A stretch of 64,000 nucleotides of DNA from a virus. Its lineage: Duplodnaviria > Caudoviricetes. Position numbers and translations under genes: made by a program. The notes beneath the pieces are model-generated. The model was not told where the DNA came from. It saw only the letters and a program-made list of their open reading frames with translations, and ran no database searches. Within the stretch, counting starts at the first letter, position 1. Each line of letters opens with the position of its first letter. The DNA lies in the IMG/VR virus record IMGVR_UViG_3300030330_005258, positions 1-64,000 of that record. The stretch is one strand, 5' to 3'. Shown here piece after piece: positions 43,834 through 52,254 of the stretch.

Positions 43834-44876
43834 AAAGCACACTACAGCCATTAGTAGACCAGTTTATGCCCTACGCACAGAAACGCATGGGTTTTAACAA
43901 GCTGCCTCGTATCTTTTTGCGTGATGACCCGCACAATGCACAAAACCCTCTTGGCAAAACTGCTTACTATGACCCAGCACAAATGTCAGTGACTCTATAC
44001 GTCACTGGGCGTCATCCAAAAGACGTTATGCGGTCTTTATCTCATGAGTTGATTCACCACACGCAGAATTGTAATGGACAGTTTGATGGTGCTTCTGAAA
44101 TGGGTGAGGGGTATGCACAGAACGATGAACATTTGCGTGAAATGGAACGACAAGCCTATGAACAAGGTAATTTAGTATTTAGGGATTGGGAAGATAGCAT
44201 AAAGGGCACTATTTATAATGAATCTTTGCAGAAAGGAGCAAAAAAGAAAATGTCATTGAAAGATTGGAAAAACAACGAGCTAAGAACCGTACTATCAGAG
44301 AGATGGGGGTTTTCTTTTAATCTCCTTAGTGAATCTCAAGAGGAAGAGCCTGTCGATGAAGCTAAGATCCCCGTAACAAAGAAAACTGACTCACCAGATT
44401 TTCATATTCGTCGCGAACTAAAAATGAATCCCGATGCCACTCGTCAAGAACTAGTCGATGCAGTGATGGAAAATATCCCAATGTCTAGAGAAAAATCTGA
44501 GGCAGCAGTTGACAAGCATTTATCCGGTGAAAAAGACATTGAAGAAGGCGCAGCATCCAGTGGTCGTGTAGTCACACCAGATCGTGGTGGTGAAGACCGC
44601 AGAGCTAATGACGAGCGCAAGCGTCCAATGGAGGAAGCAGAAAAGCCCGATTTTCCCGATGTGGACGGCGACGGCGACAGAGAAGAGCCCATTTCTAAGG
44701 CTTCCAAGGAAAAGAAAGATGATAAGGGTGGCGACAAGGAAGAGAAGTCCGACAAGGATGTTTCCAAAGTACCCCCACAGCTTCGCAAGCACGTCAAAGG
44801 CAAGATGGATGAACAAAAGATTCGTCGTATTATCCGCAAGCTAGTCAAAGAAGCAATGGCAAAGAAGGCCAAGTGA
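43830..44876 (+). CDS. HExxH metallopeptidase-like domain fused to an acidic modular protein (internal start at 44250)
   Basis: RSLSHELIHH; second half has many xxE-E/A junctions and DVDGDGD. Confidence 0.72.
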   Translation: MKSTLQPLVDQFMPYAQKRMGFNKLPRIFLRDDPHNAQNPLGKTAYYDPAQMSVTLYVTGRHPKDVMRSLSHELIHHTQNCNGQFDGASEMGEGYAQNDEHLREMERQAYEQGNLVFRDWEDSIKGTIYNESLQKGAKKKMSLKDWKNNELRTVLSERWGFSFNLLSESQEEEPVDEAKIPVTKKTDSPDFHIRRELKMNPDATRQELVDAVMENIPMSREKSEAAVDKHLSGEKDIEEGAASSGRVVTPDRGGEDRRANDERKRPMEEAEKPDFPDVDGDGDREEPISKASKEKKDDKGGDKEEKSDKDVSKVPPQLRKHVKGKMDEQKIRRIIRKLVKEAMAKKAK

Positions 44877-45118
44877 AGATGTCAAAATGGCATGACTTTC
44901 TAGATGGTGTCGAGAGAAAACAAGACCTTAACAGCCTACTTGAACAGCTTGGCACTGATTTGAAGCTTATTAAGCCGCATACTTTAAATGAGGAGGTCAG
45001 ACTATCAACCATAGATGGGTTACTAATAGAAATTCGCCTCAAAGCAAGAAGACTAGAACAAGAAAATAAAGTGTTACTTAACAAGATTGCAATTCTTGAG
45101 GAAGACTTAGACCTATAG
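44873..45118 (+). CDS. Coiled-coil protein with leader-like N-terminus
   Basis: MSKWHDFLD. Confidence 0.65.
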   Translation: MKMSKWHDFLDGVERKQDLNSLLEQLGTDLKLIKPHTLNEEVRLSTIDGLLIEIRLKARRLEQENKVLLNKIAILEEDLDL

Positions 45119-45127
45119 GAGACTTTT

Positions 45128-45919
45128 ATGTCTGATCTCTATAACAGCATAGAAGAACTCATGCTTGAGTTGGAAGATGAAGATGGCGACCCCGTTGGAG
45201 GTCGCACTCTTGCTATTGTGCCTGGGGCATTCAAGCCTCCACATCTTGGGCACCTATCGATGGTCAAGCAGTATGCTTCTGAGGCAGATGAAGTAGTTGT
45301 TCTTATTTCTTCTCCTCTCAAAGCAAGCAGGGGTGTTGGCGGCAAGCCCATCACTGCACAGCAATCCAAGCAGATTTGGGAAATGCTACTCGCAGACCAA
45401 GGGTTATCCAATGTTCGTGTTGAGATTTCACCCAAACCATCGCCTATCACGGCGACATACGAGTATATTGGTGATGATGGTCCCTTAGAGCCCGGTATAA
45501 GACTTATTCTTGGCGCTAGCCAGAAGGGTGGTGATTTCAAGCGCTGGAAGGCGGCTACTAAATACGTCAAAGACGGAGTTGAGCTTCTACCACCAGAAGA
45601 AACTGCTGTAGTGCCAGCAAATAGACCCTCTGGAGAGCCATATAGCGCCACAGACGCCCGTAAAATGTTAGAACAGGGTGATGCTGCCGACGAGTTTTTT
45701 GGAGACGGTATGGGTGTCAGGGTGCGGACTATACTGGGTCTTGATGCATCGTTGGAAGAGATGTCAGCCATGGGTGGTGGCGCTGTGGCAGGATATGCCA
45801 TGCCGCTTGGTGCGAAGAAAAGAAAGAAGATTAAAAAGATCAAACATACACCGTATAATGAGATAGAATTATACAAAGAAGTTTTGAAACTACTTAAGAA
45901 AGAAGGTATCATCAAATGA
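45128..45919 (+). CDS. Cytidylyltransferase-like (HIGH-motif) protein
   Basis: PGAFKPPHLGH and YSATDAR. Confidence 0.82.
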   Translation: MSDLYNSIEELMLELEDEDGDPVGGRTLAIVPGAFKPPHLGHLSMVKQYASEADEVVVLISSPLKASRGVGGKPITAQQSKQIWEMLLADQGLSNVRVEISPKPSPITATYEYIGDDGPLEPGIRLILGASQKGGDFKRWKAATKYVKDGVELLPPEETAVVPANRPSGEPYSATDARKMLEQGDAADEFFGDGMGVRVRTILGLDASLEEMSAMGGGAVAGYAMPLGAKKRKKIKKIKHTPYNEIELYKEVLKLLKKEGIIK

Positions 45920-46692
45920 AAACTCCAGAAGATTTGCTTAGAGAGAATGTAAGAGCTTTGATCTCTCTTGTCAAGAAGAAAAACAAAAATACTCAAACCG
46001 AGGAACAGCAACTAAGAGCTATAATTCGTGAGTTCTTGCAGTATGAGCTTAAAGAAGCCAAAACTCCCGACGCAGCCGATCCAGCGCCACATCAATCTAC
46101 TGGTATTAATGTACTTGAGGATCTGCTCAAGAAGATTATTCCTCAAATAGAAGACGATTACAAGCTTCTTACAACTTCTGAAGAACAGCGTGAGTCATAC
46201 CGATCACACATTATCGATGCTGTGGTAAAGACTCTTACTCCCGTTGAGCTAAACAACGACGCAGCAGGCGACGGACCGCAAGGTGAACTTGACGAGGATA
46301 TTGATATTGAAATCTCCGACGATGATGAAGAAGATGATATGTTTATTGATATCAATCCCGAAGAGCCCAAAGAAGAAGAGGAAGAAGAAGATCCAAGGGA
46401 CGCTTTCGGTATCGAAGGTAAGGATACCACGGGTCGGAACATGGCGTATACAACTTTCAAGAAAATAGAATCACAAATCATCGATGCATACGATATGCTC
46501 TCTAATGCTGAAGATCAGGAATTGTTCTTTGACTATCTGATCGCAAACTTAAAACTGTACTTTGACAAGTTTGAAGCTGAAATACAACCAAGCGTTGAAG
46601 AGCCAACTAACCAAGAATATGATTCTGCAAAAGAAGAAGAGCCTGCTGGCGGGGGTGATGAAGGCGGGGATACCTTGGATCTGGAAATTTAA
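45916..46692 (+). CDS. Acidic leader-bearing protein
   Basis: LLRENVRAL...EQQLRAIIREFL..ELKE; ACTACTTA at 45889. Confidence 0.75.
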   Translation: MKTPEDLLRENVRALISLVKKKNKNTQTEEQQLRAIIREFLQYELKEAKTPDAADPAPHQSTGINVLEDLLKKIIPQIEDDYKLLTTSEEQRESYRSHIIDAVVKTLTPVELNNDAAGDGPQGELDEDIDIEISDDDEEDDMFIDINPEEPKEEEEEEDPRDAFGIEGKDTTGRNMAYTTFKKIESQIIDAYDMLSNAEDQELFFDYLIANLKLYFDKFEAEIQPSVEEPTNQEYDSAKEEEPAGGGDEGGDTLDLEI

Positions 46693-46693
46693 T

Positions 46694-46722
46694 TTGACAC
46701 TTTGTGCTTGGCCTGTTATGAT
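46694..46722 (+). promoter_or_regulatory. sigma70-type promoter
   Basis: TTGACA-17-TATGAT. Confidence 0.7.
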
Positions 46723-46728
46723 CTTTAT

Positions 46729-47076
46729 ATGAAGAAGAGAAGATCAAAGTATAAACATAAGAGTATAATTAATAATTTATTAAATAATAATATTATAAAT
46801 GAAAGCAATCTGACTTTTATAGATTCTATGTCTCTGGAAGATTTAATTGCTGTAAAATTAGAACTCTCAGCAAGATATATTAATAACAAACTTTATGCTT
46901 TCAACCTGTTGTCAAATACAAACAAACTAGTTAAAGAAGCAATAATCAAATTTGCTATCAGTGCTACTGACTCTAAGATGGATGCTGCCAGATTTCTTGG
47001 TATAGATTATGAAGGCTTACACCGACTAGTTAGAGAGTATAACCTTCAGGAATACTTTGATGAAATTAATAATTGA
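46729..47076 (+). CDS. Protein with C-terminal Fis-type HTH
   Basis: SKMDAARFLGIDYEGLHRLVREYNL. Confidence 0.72.
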   Translation: MKKRRSKYKHKSIINNLLNNNIINESNLTFIDSMSLEDLIAVKLELSARYINNKLYAFNLLSNTNKLVKEAIIKFAISATDSKMDAARFLGIDYEGLHRLVREYNLQEYFDEINN

Positions 47077-47839
47077 AAGCTGGCGGCAATATATTACTGA
47101 GCAATCTGTAGATATTACAGACCATAATTTTAAAATAATGTTAGATCTTTATCAGGGAGCTACGGGAAGAAAACTTAGTGATAGCCAACATAATAAATAT
47201 AGATTTTTTTGGCGTCAATTTACTGTAAATGAAAGAGATATCTTGATTTATATATCTGCGGCTGCCACAATGGTTCCTCAACTGCTGCAAAACAAAATCA
47301 AACGCCTTTTGGGTGCAGGCTCCCAAGGTATTGTTTTTGAGCTTGATAATGGAAGAGCACTAAAATTATATAAGGGCGCTTATCGCGAAACTCAAGATGA
47401 TTTCTATGGTGCTGAATCTGGAAAGATCTTTTCTGGTGGTGGTAAAATCACAACTCTCCCAATCTTTGATAAAGGTGAAACCGAATACGGATTAAAATAT
47501 GTTGAAATGGCAAAAGTTTTGCCTTTTGATCTTTTCTTGAAAAGAACTGGACGAAAAGAGCTTGACGATAATATCTGGTATGCCCTTCAGCAAATCGCCG
47601 AAATGTCTTTAAAAGACAAAAACTCTGAAGCATATGCCGAAAGAGTCGATGAATTTAAAGAAAATGGCAGCTACCAAAATCTTACAGAACCTGAAATGGA
47701 TTCAATGATAGAAATGGTAAATTATGCTGTTTTTAACTATGGCGAAGATTACACTGATGATTTATATGACGAAAATTTCGGTGTTTTAGAACAAACAATG
47801 TCATCAAAAAAACCAATATTTGTGTTGTTTGATCCATGA
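47060..47839 (+). CDS. Leader-bearing kinase-like protein
   Basis: MKLIIESWRQYITE; LGAGSQGIVF, ALKLY, DLYDENFG, LFDP. Confidence 0.75.
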   Translation: MKLIIESWRQYITEQSVDITDHNFKIMLDLYQGATGRKLSDSQHNKYRFFWRQFTVNERDILIYISAAATMVPQLLQNKIKRLLGAGSQGIVFELDNGRALKLYKGAYRETQDDFYGAESGKIFSGGGKITTLPIFDKGETEYGLKYVEMAKVLPFDLFLKRTGRKELDDNIWYALQQIAEMSLKDKNSEAYAERVDEFKENGSYQNLTEPEMDSMIEMVNYAVFNYGEDYTDDLYDENFGVLEQTMSSKKPIFVLFDP

Positions 47840-47852
47840 TGGAGAATTTAAA

Positions 47853-48545
47853 ATGAAATTAATAATTGAAAACTTTAGAAAGTTCTTGGCAGAACAAAAT
47901 TTTATTTCTGATATTCCACTAGAACAAGATGAAGAAGGGAACATAATTCTTTATCATGTCTCCGGTGCTGAAGATATTGAAGAATTAGATCCTGACGTTG
48001 CTGCAAAGAATCTCAAGAATTATACTACTGCCGAATATAGAACCTGGGACAGACCCAGAGTTTTCTTTTTTACTCGTCTCGGACAAGAAGACACAGGAAT
48101 TGGACAGATACAGGGTATCCCTTATCGCGTTAGGTTGAAGCCAAACCAATTGTATCCAATTATGGAAGACCCAGCAGGGCTGTCTTCAAAACAAGAGCAA
48201 CAGAATTGGATGGAAGAGAACGTTCCAGAGTTTGCTGAAAGAGCACAAGAGGCAGAAAAGTGTTCTAATTCTGAGCGTTATGGACAATACCACATTTGTT
48301 CTAAGACACCTGATTCGGACGGATTATACTTTACGGACGAACGTTTTGCAGGTAAAAAGTTTCTTGTAGATAATCCCAAATTTCATCATCTCAAACCAAA
48401 TACATACGAAATGGTTGCACAACTTGCAGAAGAGCGTTATAATAGTATAGGGTTTATTTACCCACAAAGTGGCGAAAAAGATAACCAGATTGTTGTTTTG
48501 TGGCGTAAAGTTCCAGCAGAAAAACTAGATAAAGACTTTTATTAG
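47853..48545 (+). CDS. Leader-bearing protein, possible ADP-ribosyltransferase-like fold
   Basis: MKLIIENFRKFLAE; ILYHVS...RVFFFT...PYRVRL. Confidence 0.68.
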   Translation: MKLIIENFRKFLAEQNFISDIPLEQDEEGNIILYHVSGAEDIEELDPDVAAKNLKNYTTAEYRTWDRPRVFFFTRLGQEDTGIGQIQGIPYRVRLKPNQLYPIMEDPAGLSSKQEQQNWMEENVPEFAERAQEAEKCSNSERYGQYHICSKTPDSDGLYFTDERFAGKKFLVDNPKFHHLKPNTYEMVAQLAEERYNSIGFIYPQSGEKDNQIVVLWRKVPAEKLDKDFY

Positions 48546-48553
48546 GAGTTAAA

Positions 48554-48805
48554 ATGCACGTTGGAAAAACTGTTTGGGCACCATACGGAAATACTGGTTT
48601 CCGCTGCGGCACAGTCGTAGAGGAACAAATGTGTGATGGTTGGAAATATGTTAAAGTTGATTGGGTTGACGATCACGAATTTAAAATGGATCGTCAAAGA
48701 CTAATTGACTTGCGCGGAAAGGATTGTCGTTCCGACTGGAGCAGGATAGATAAAGTAAATGTGTTTGATAAAGAAACAATGATTGAAAAAATAAATAAAT
48801 TATAA
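48554..48805 (+). CDS. GDLV-like protein
   Basis: MHVGKTVWA...GTVVE...VKVDW. Confidence 0.68.
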   Translation: MHVGKTVWAPYGNTGFRCGTVVEEQMCDGWKYVKVDWVDDHEFKMDRQRLIDLRGKDCRSDWSRIDKVNVFDKETMIEKINKL

Positions 48806-48826
48806 GAATGGTGTTCTGCCCTGACC

Positions 48827-48942
48827 GGCTCGGCGGGGATAATATGGTAATTAGGTCCATACCTATCACGACCTATCGGCTTCTAAACCCGTAGTTAAAA
48901 TGTAGGTTAGCTGCGGTGAGCAAGAGACCCGCAACCGAGTCA
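48827..48942 (+). ncRNA. Candidate structured ncRNA with tRNA-like closing stem
   Basis: GGCTCGG/CCGAGTC-ACC; internal stems ACCTAT/GTAGGT and TGCGG/CCGCA; intergenic. Confidence 0.4.
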
Positions 48943-48958
48943 CCCTTTGGAGATTTGT

Positions 48959-49162
48959 ATGCATAGGTTTCGTGTTGATGAGTGGGTAATGTACCACCAA
49001 TTCCCTGCTGCTGATGCCGAGTGGTTGAGAAAAGGAAAGAGGGCAGTCATACTGGAGCATCTGGAAAACGGTAAATACAGAATTTATATAGATGATCCCG
49101 ACCTTGATGAACAGTGGAGAATAAAAAAGGTAAATGAAGCAGTTCTTAAACCTATTGACTAA
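48959..49162 (+). CDS. GDLV-like protein
   Basis: FRVDEWVMY...AVILE...YRIYI. Confidence 0.62.
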   Translation: MHRFRVDEWVMYHQFPAADAEWLRKGKRAVILEHLENGKYRIYIDDPDLDEQWRIKKVNEAVLKPID

Positions 49163-49209
49163 TTACTTTCGGGCGTGCCCTGTCTGTGGATGCGACCCGT
49201 GTGATTGTT

Positions 49210-50148
49210 ATGATCAGGATTATTAGTTTATTATTTTTATTTATCTTTGCCGCTTCTTGCGGTCCTGATTACTCTGTTATAACGAAAGAAAACATAGAAG
49301 TAATCCAAGAAGAACAGATACAAATACAAATAGAAGCACCTGAAACCGAAGTCGTAATTGACTTCTTTGAACAACCGGAAAGACCAGAAAACCTAGACGT
49401 CTTAGTTGTTCTTGATACTTCCTGTTCTATGTCAGATAATTTTGAGAACGTATCAATAGGCTTGGACATCTTGAGAGGAGACATCGAACTTCTCACTTAC
49501 GACTATCAAATGGCTTTCATCAACAGTACGTTGAGGGAGCCATATTTTGCTGGTGTTATTGGTCCCGACACTACATCAATGGAAATATATCTCGCCCCTT
49601 ATAGCCTCGGTGTAGACAACGGCAGCGAAGCTCCTTTTACAAGTCTTTATAACTTTACCACAACCCCGGAAGGGTTGGAATTTTTAAGACCAAATGTCGC
49701 CAAGCTGTATATATTTGTCTCTGATGAACCAGAACAAAGCATAATGCCGGTGTCTTTGTTTAAAGAGTGGATGGATGAATACCACGAAGACGTAATTTAT
49801 GATGTCATAGTCATAGGGATAAACGAACAGAGCGATTGTGATTCATATTATGAGCCAGATCCAGATGATGAAAATAGATTTTTAATTTTTGCCAATTATT
49901 ACAATAAAATGATTATTGATATATGTGGCGACTTTCAATTAGCTTTAGCAGAAAACAGCTTTTTGGTCAAACCCATAACTTATATGGCACTATCTAGATT
50001 TCCAATAGAAGAATCAATTGTTGTTTATCAAAATGGTATTAAAGAAGAAGATTGGTACTATTTAGCATCTACCAACACTGTATATTTTGAGTTTGAAATC
50101 CTTGAAGGTGCAGCGATAAAAATTGGTTATGAGACATTAACAAATTAA
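49210..50148 (+). CDS. Acidic lipoprotein with vWA-like domain
   Basis: AASC lipobox; VVLDTSCSM; FVSDE. Confidence 0.78.
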   Translation: MIRIISLLFLFIFAASCGPDYSVITKENIEVIQEEQIQIQIEAPETEVVIDFFEQPERPENLDVLVVLDTSCSMSDNFENVSIGLDILRGDIELLTYDYQMAFINSTLREPYFAGVIGPDTTSMEIYLAPYSLGVDNGSEAPFTSLYNFTTTPEGLEFLRPNVAKLYIFVSDEPEQSIMPVSLFKEWMDEYHEDVIYDVIVIGINEQSDCDSYYEPDPDDENRFLIFANYYNKMIIDICGDFQLALAENSFLVKPITYMALSRFPIEESIVVYQNGIKEEDWYYLASTNTVYFEFEILEGAAIKIGYETLTN

Positions 50149-50787
50149 ATGATTACAGCAATGGGCGATGTAATGCGCGAAGCCTACAAGCGCAACTGGA
50201 TTACTACTCGTGACGGAAACTGTGCTGTCAGAATAAAAGGTTCTAACACAATATATCTAACGCCGTCTGGTATTAGAAAAACACTTATTTGTCCAGAGAT
50301 GATCGTTAGATTGACTCTTGGGGAAGAAATGCAGTTCAGCAGCAGTATGAATCTTCAGGTAACAGGTGAGTGGGATATGCATTACAGAATATTAAAAGAC
50401 GCCAAGCTTAGTACAAGCTCTGTGCATCTTCATCCACCGAATATAGTTGCTGCAATGTACGCAGGGTGGGACTTAGAAGAAATGGTTAAGCCATTTCCAG
50501 AAGTTTTTCGTTATACTCGTGTGGGACATAATGTTGCGGCTTGGCAGGCTCTATCAAAAGAGCTTGCGCAACACACCGCTCAAAATCTTGGTATTGAGGA
50601 CGGAATAAGAAAATTTGATATCGTTGGGCAAAAGAACCATGGCGTCACAGCCGTGGGCAAAAATCCTTGGGAAGCGTTTGAGCACATAGAAAGAGTTGAA
50701 CACATTTGTCAGATTGTGTTAGCATCAGGTGTGAACCCCCCAGGGAAGAAAAATGGAAAATTTGAAAAACTGTTTGGTGCTTTTTGA
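50149..50787 (+). CDS. Class II aldolase/adducin-family protein
   Basis: DGNCAVR, LTPSG, EWDMH, HLH, NHGVTAVG. Confidence 0.88.
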   Translation: MITAMGDVMREAYKRNWITTRDGNCAVRIKGSNTIYLTPSGIRKTLICPEMIVRLTLGEEMQFSSSMNLQVTGEWDMHYRILKDAKLSTSSVHLHPPNIVAAMYAGWDLEEMVKPFPEVFRYTRVGHNVAAWQALSKELAQHTAQNLGIEDGIRKFDIVGQKNHGVTAVGKNPWEAFEHIERVEHICQIVLASGVNPPGKKNGKFEKLFGAF

Positions 50788-51577
50788 TGTTGATGGGACA
50801 TTAACTGAAGCAAGACAACGTATTAATAAAAATATGCTCGCAAGTTTGCGAGAGTTGTCTTTTAACACAGAGATAGGTTTGTTAACCGGCTCGGGTCTTG
50901 ATTACATTAAAGAACAATTGTGGCCATTGTTGGCAGACCCAGAACTAAGCCTTAATTGTCACATACTTCCCTGCAATGGCATTGAATATTATATTCCAAA
51001 TCCAGAATCACCCGGCAATTTTATTGAAATACACCGAAACAATATGGAAGCCAAGTTGGGTTTTGAAACTTTCCAATTTATCATGAAAACAATCATGAAG
51101 ATTCAGTCGCAGATAGCTGAATCAGATTACGATATTTCTTTTACAGGGCACCACATTCAAAACCGTGGCTCCACTCTAAACTGGTCGCCGATTGGTCGCA
51201 ACGCTCAGCATGGTGACCGACAGCAATTCAAAGCAATGGACAAAATTTATGGTATTAGAAGTCTTGCTATTCATAAATTTAGAGAAACTATGTTGCACCA
51301 TGGTATACACGATGTTACAATAAAGTTGGGCGGCGATACATCATTTGATATTTACCCCCGAGGCTGGGATAAAAGATACGCACTAAAGCATTTTCCAGAG
51401 ACTGATTGGGACGTATTTTTTGTTGGTGATAGGTGCCATCCTGACGGAAATGATTTTGAAATATATCAACATCTCTCGCCCCTTGGAAGATCCTTTGAAA
51501 CAAGTGGTCCCGAAGAAACTATAGAGATTATTGATGTACATCTGTACAAACAGCTTGGAAACCCAAGTAACTATTAA
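50753..51577 (+). CDS. Eukaryotic-type (HAD) phosphomannomutase
   Basis: LFDVDGTLT, NWSPIGRN, GGDTSFDIYPRGWDKRYAL, FVGD...GNDFEI. Confidence 0.88.
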   Translation: MENLKNCLVLFDVDGTLTEARQRINKNMLASLRELSFNTEIGLLTGSGLDYIKEQLWPLLADPELSLNCHILPCNGIEYYIPNPESPGNFIEIHRNNMEAKLGFETFQFIMKTIMKIQSQIAESDYDISFTGHHIQNRGSTLNWSPIGRNAQHGDRQQFKAMDKIYGIRSLAIHKFRETMLHHGIHDVTIKLGGDTSFDIYPRGWDKRYALKHFPETDWDVFFVGDRCHPDGNDFEIYQHLSPLGRSFETSGPEETIEIIDVHLYKQLGNPSNY

Positions 51578-51612
51578 AACTTGAATTATATAGTTCCTAT
51601 TTATTAGGAGTC

Positions 51613-52119
51613 ATGTCCAAAGAGTTCAATATGAAAACCCTAAAACTTGATTCCACCTATAGACCAATAGGTGTTATTGACTGTCTTGAAGCACTTGTGA
51701 TGTGTATTGTTGGGAAGGCGACAGCAGTTGAGGAGTACGAAGAACAAATATCTTCTCCGTCCGTCACTTTTAATCTGCCATCGGTGATAGTGCTAAAAAC
51801 AGTAGTTAAATTTATCAGTCGTGGTGTAAAACCCTCCAGAAAGAATATACTTTGGAGAGACAATGGGCAATGTCAGTATTGTGGTATAATTGAGGCACAA
51901 AAGGATATGACCATTGATCACATTGTTCCTCGTTGTCGTGGTGGCGAAAATACTTGGACAAACTTGGTAACTTGTTGCAAAAAGTGTAATCAAAAAAAGA
52001 GAGACCGAACACCACAAGAAGCAGATATGAAACTTCGCAAAAAACCAGTTAAACCAAAAACATCGCTACTTAGATATACAAACGAGATTGTTCCTATATG
52101 GAATATATACTTGTGGTAA
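51613..52119 (+). CDS. HNH endonuclease
   Basis: CQYCG, TIDHIVPRCRGG, NLVTCCKKCN. Confidence 0.9.
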   Translation: MSKEFNMKTLKLDSTYRPIGVIDCLEALVMCIVGKATAVEEYEEQISSPSVTFNLPSVIVLKTVVKFISRGVKPSRKNILWRDNGQCQYCGIIEAQKDMTIDHIVPRCRGGENTWTNLVTCCKKCNQKKRDRTPQEADMKLRKKPVKPKTSLLRYTNEIVPIWNIYLW

Positions 52120-52226
52120 CCGCAGCATCGTCGGCAATAACGGTGGGAGGCTGCCTGATCCAAACGTCGGCAGAGGTTTTCGGTCATCCTACATTCTAGA
52201 TACAAAACCGATCTTCCTTTGGCTAT

Positions 52227-52234
52227 ACTATTTA
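52227..52234 (+). promoter_or_regulatory. ACTANTTA putative late promoter
   Basis: ACTATTTA ending 21 nt before ATG 52255. Confidence 0.5.
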
Positions 52235-52254
52235 CAGCAGTCATAGGAGACTAA

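Noticed and set aside
45139-46011. 290-aa minus-strand ORF
   Set aside because: It is antisense to the cytidylyltransferase-like gene.
51613-52119. HNH gene as a mobile intron or homing element
   Set aside because: It is free-standing, with no interrupted gene or intron structure around it.
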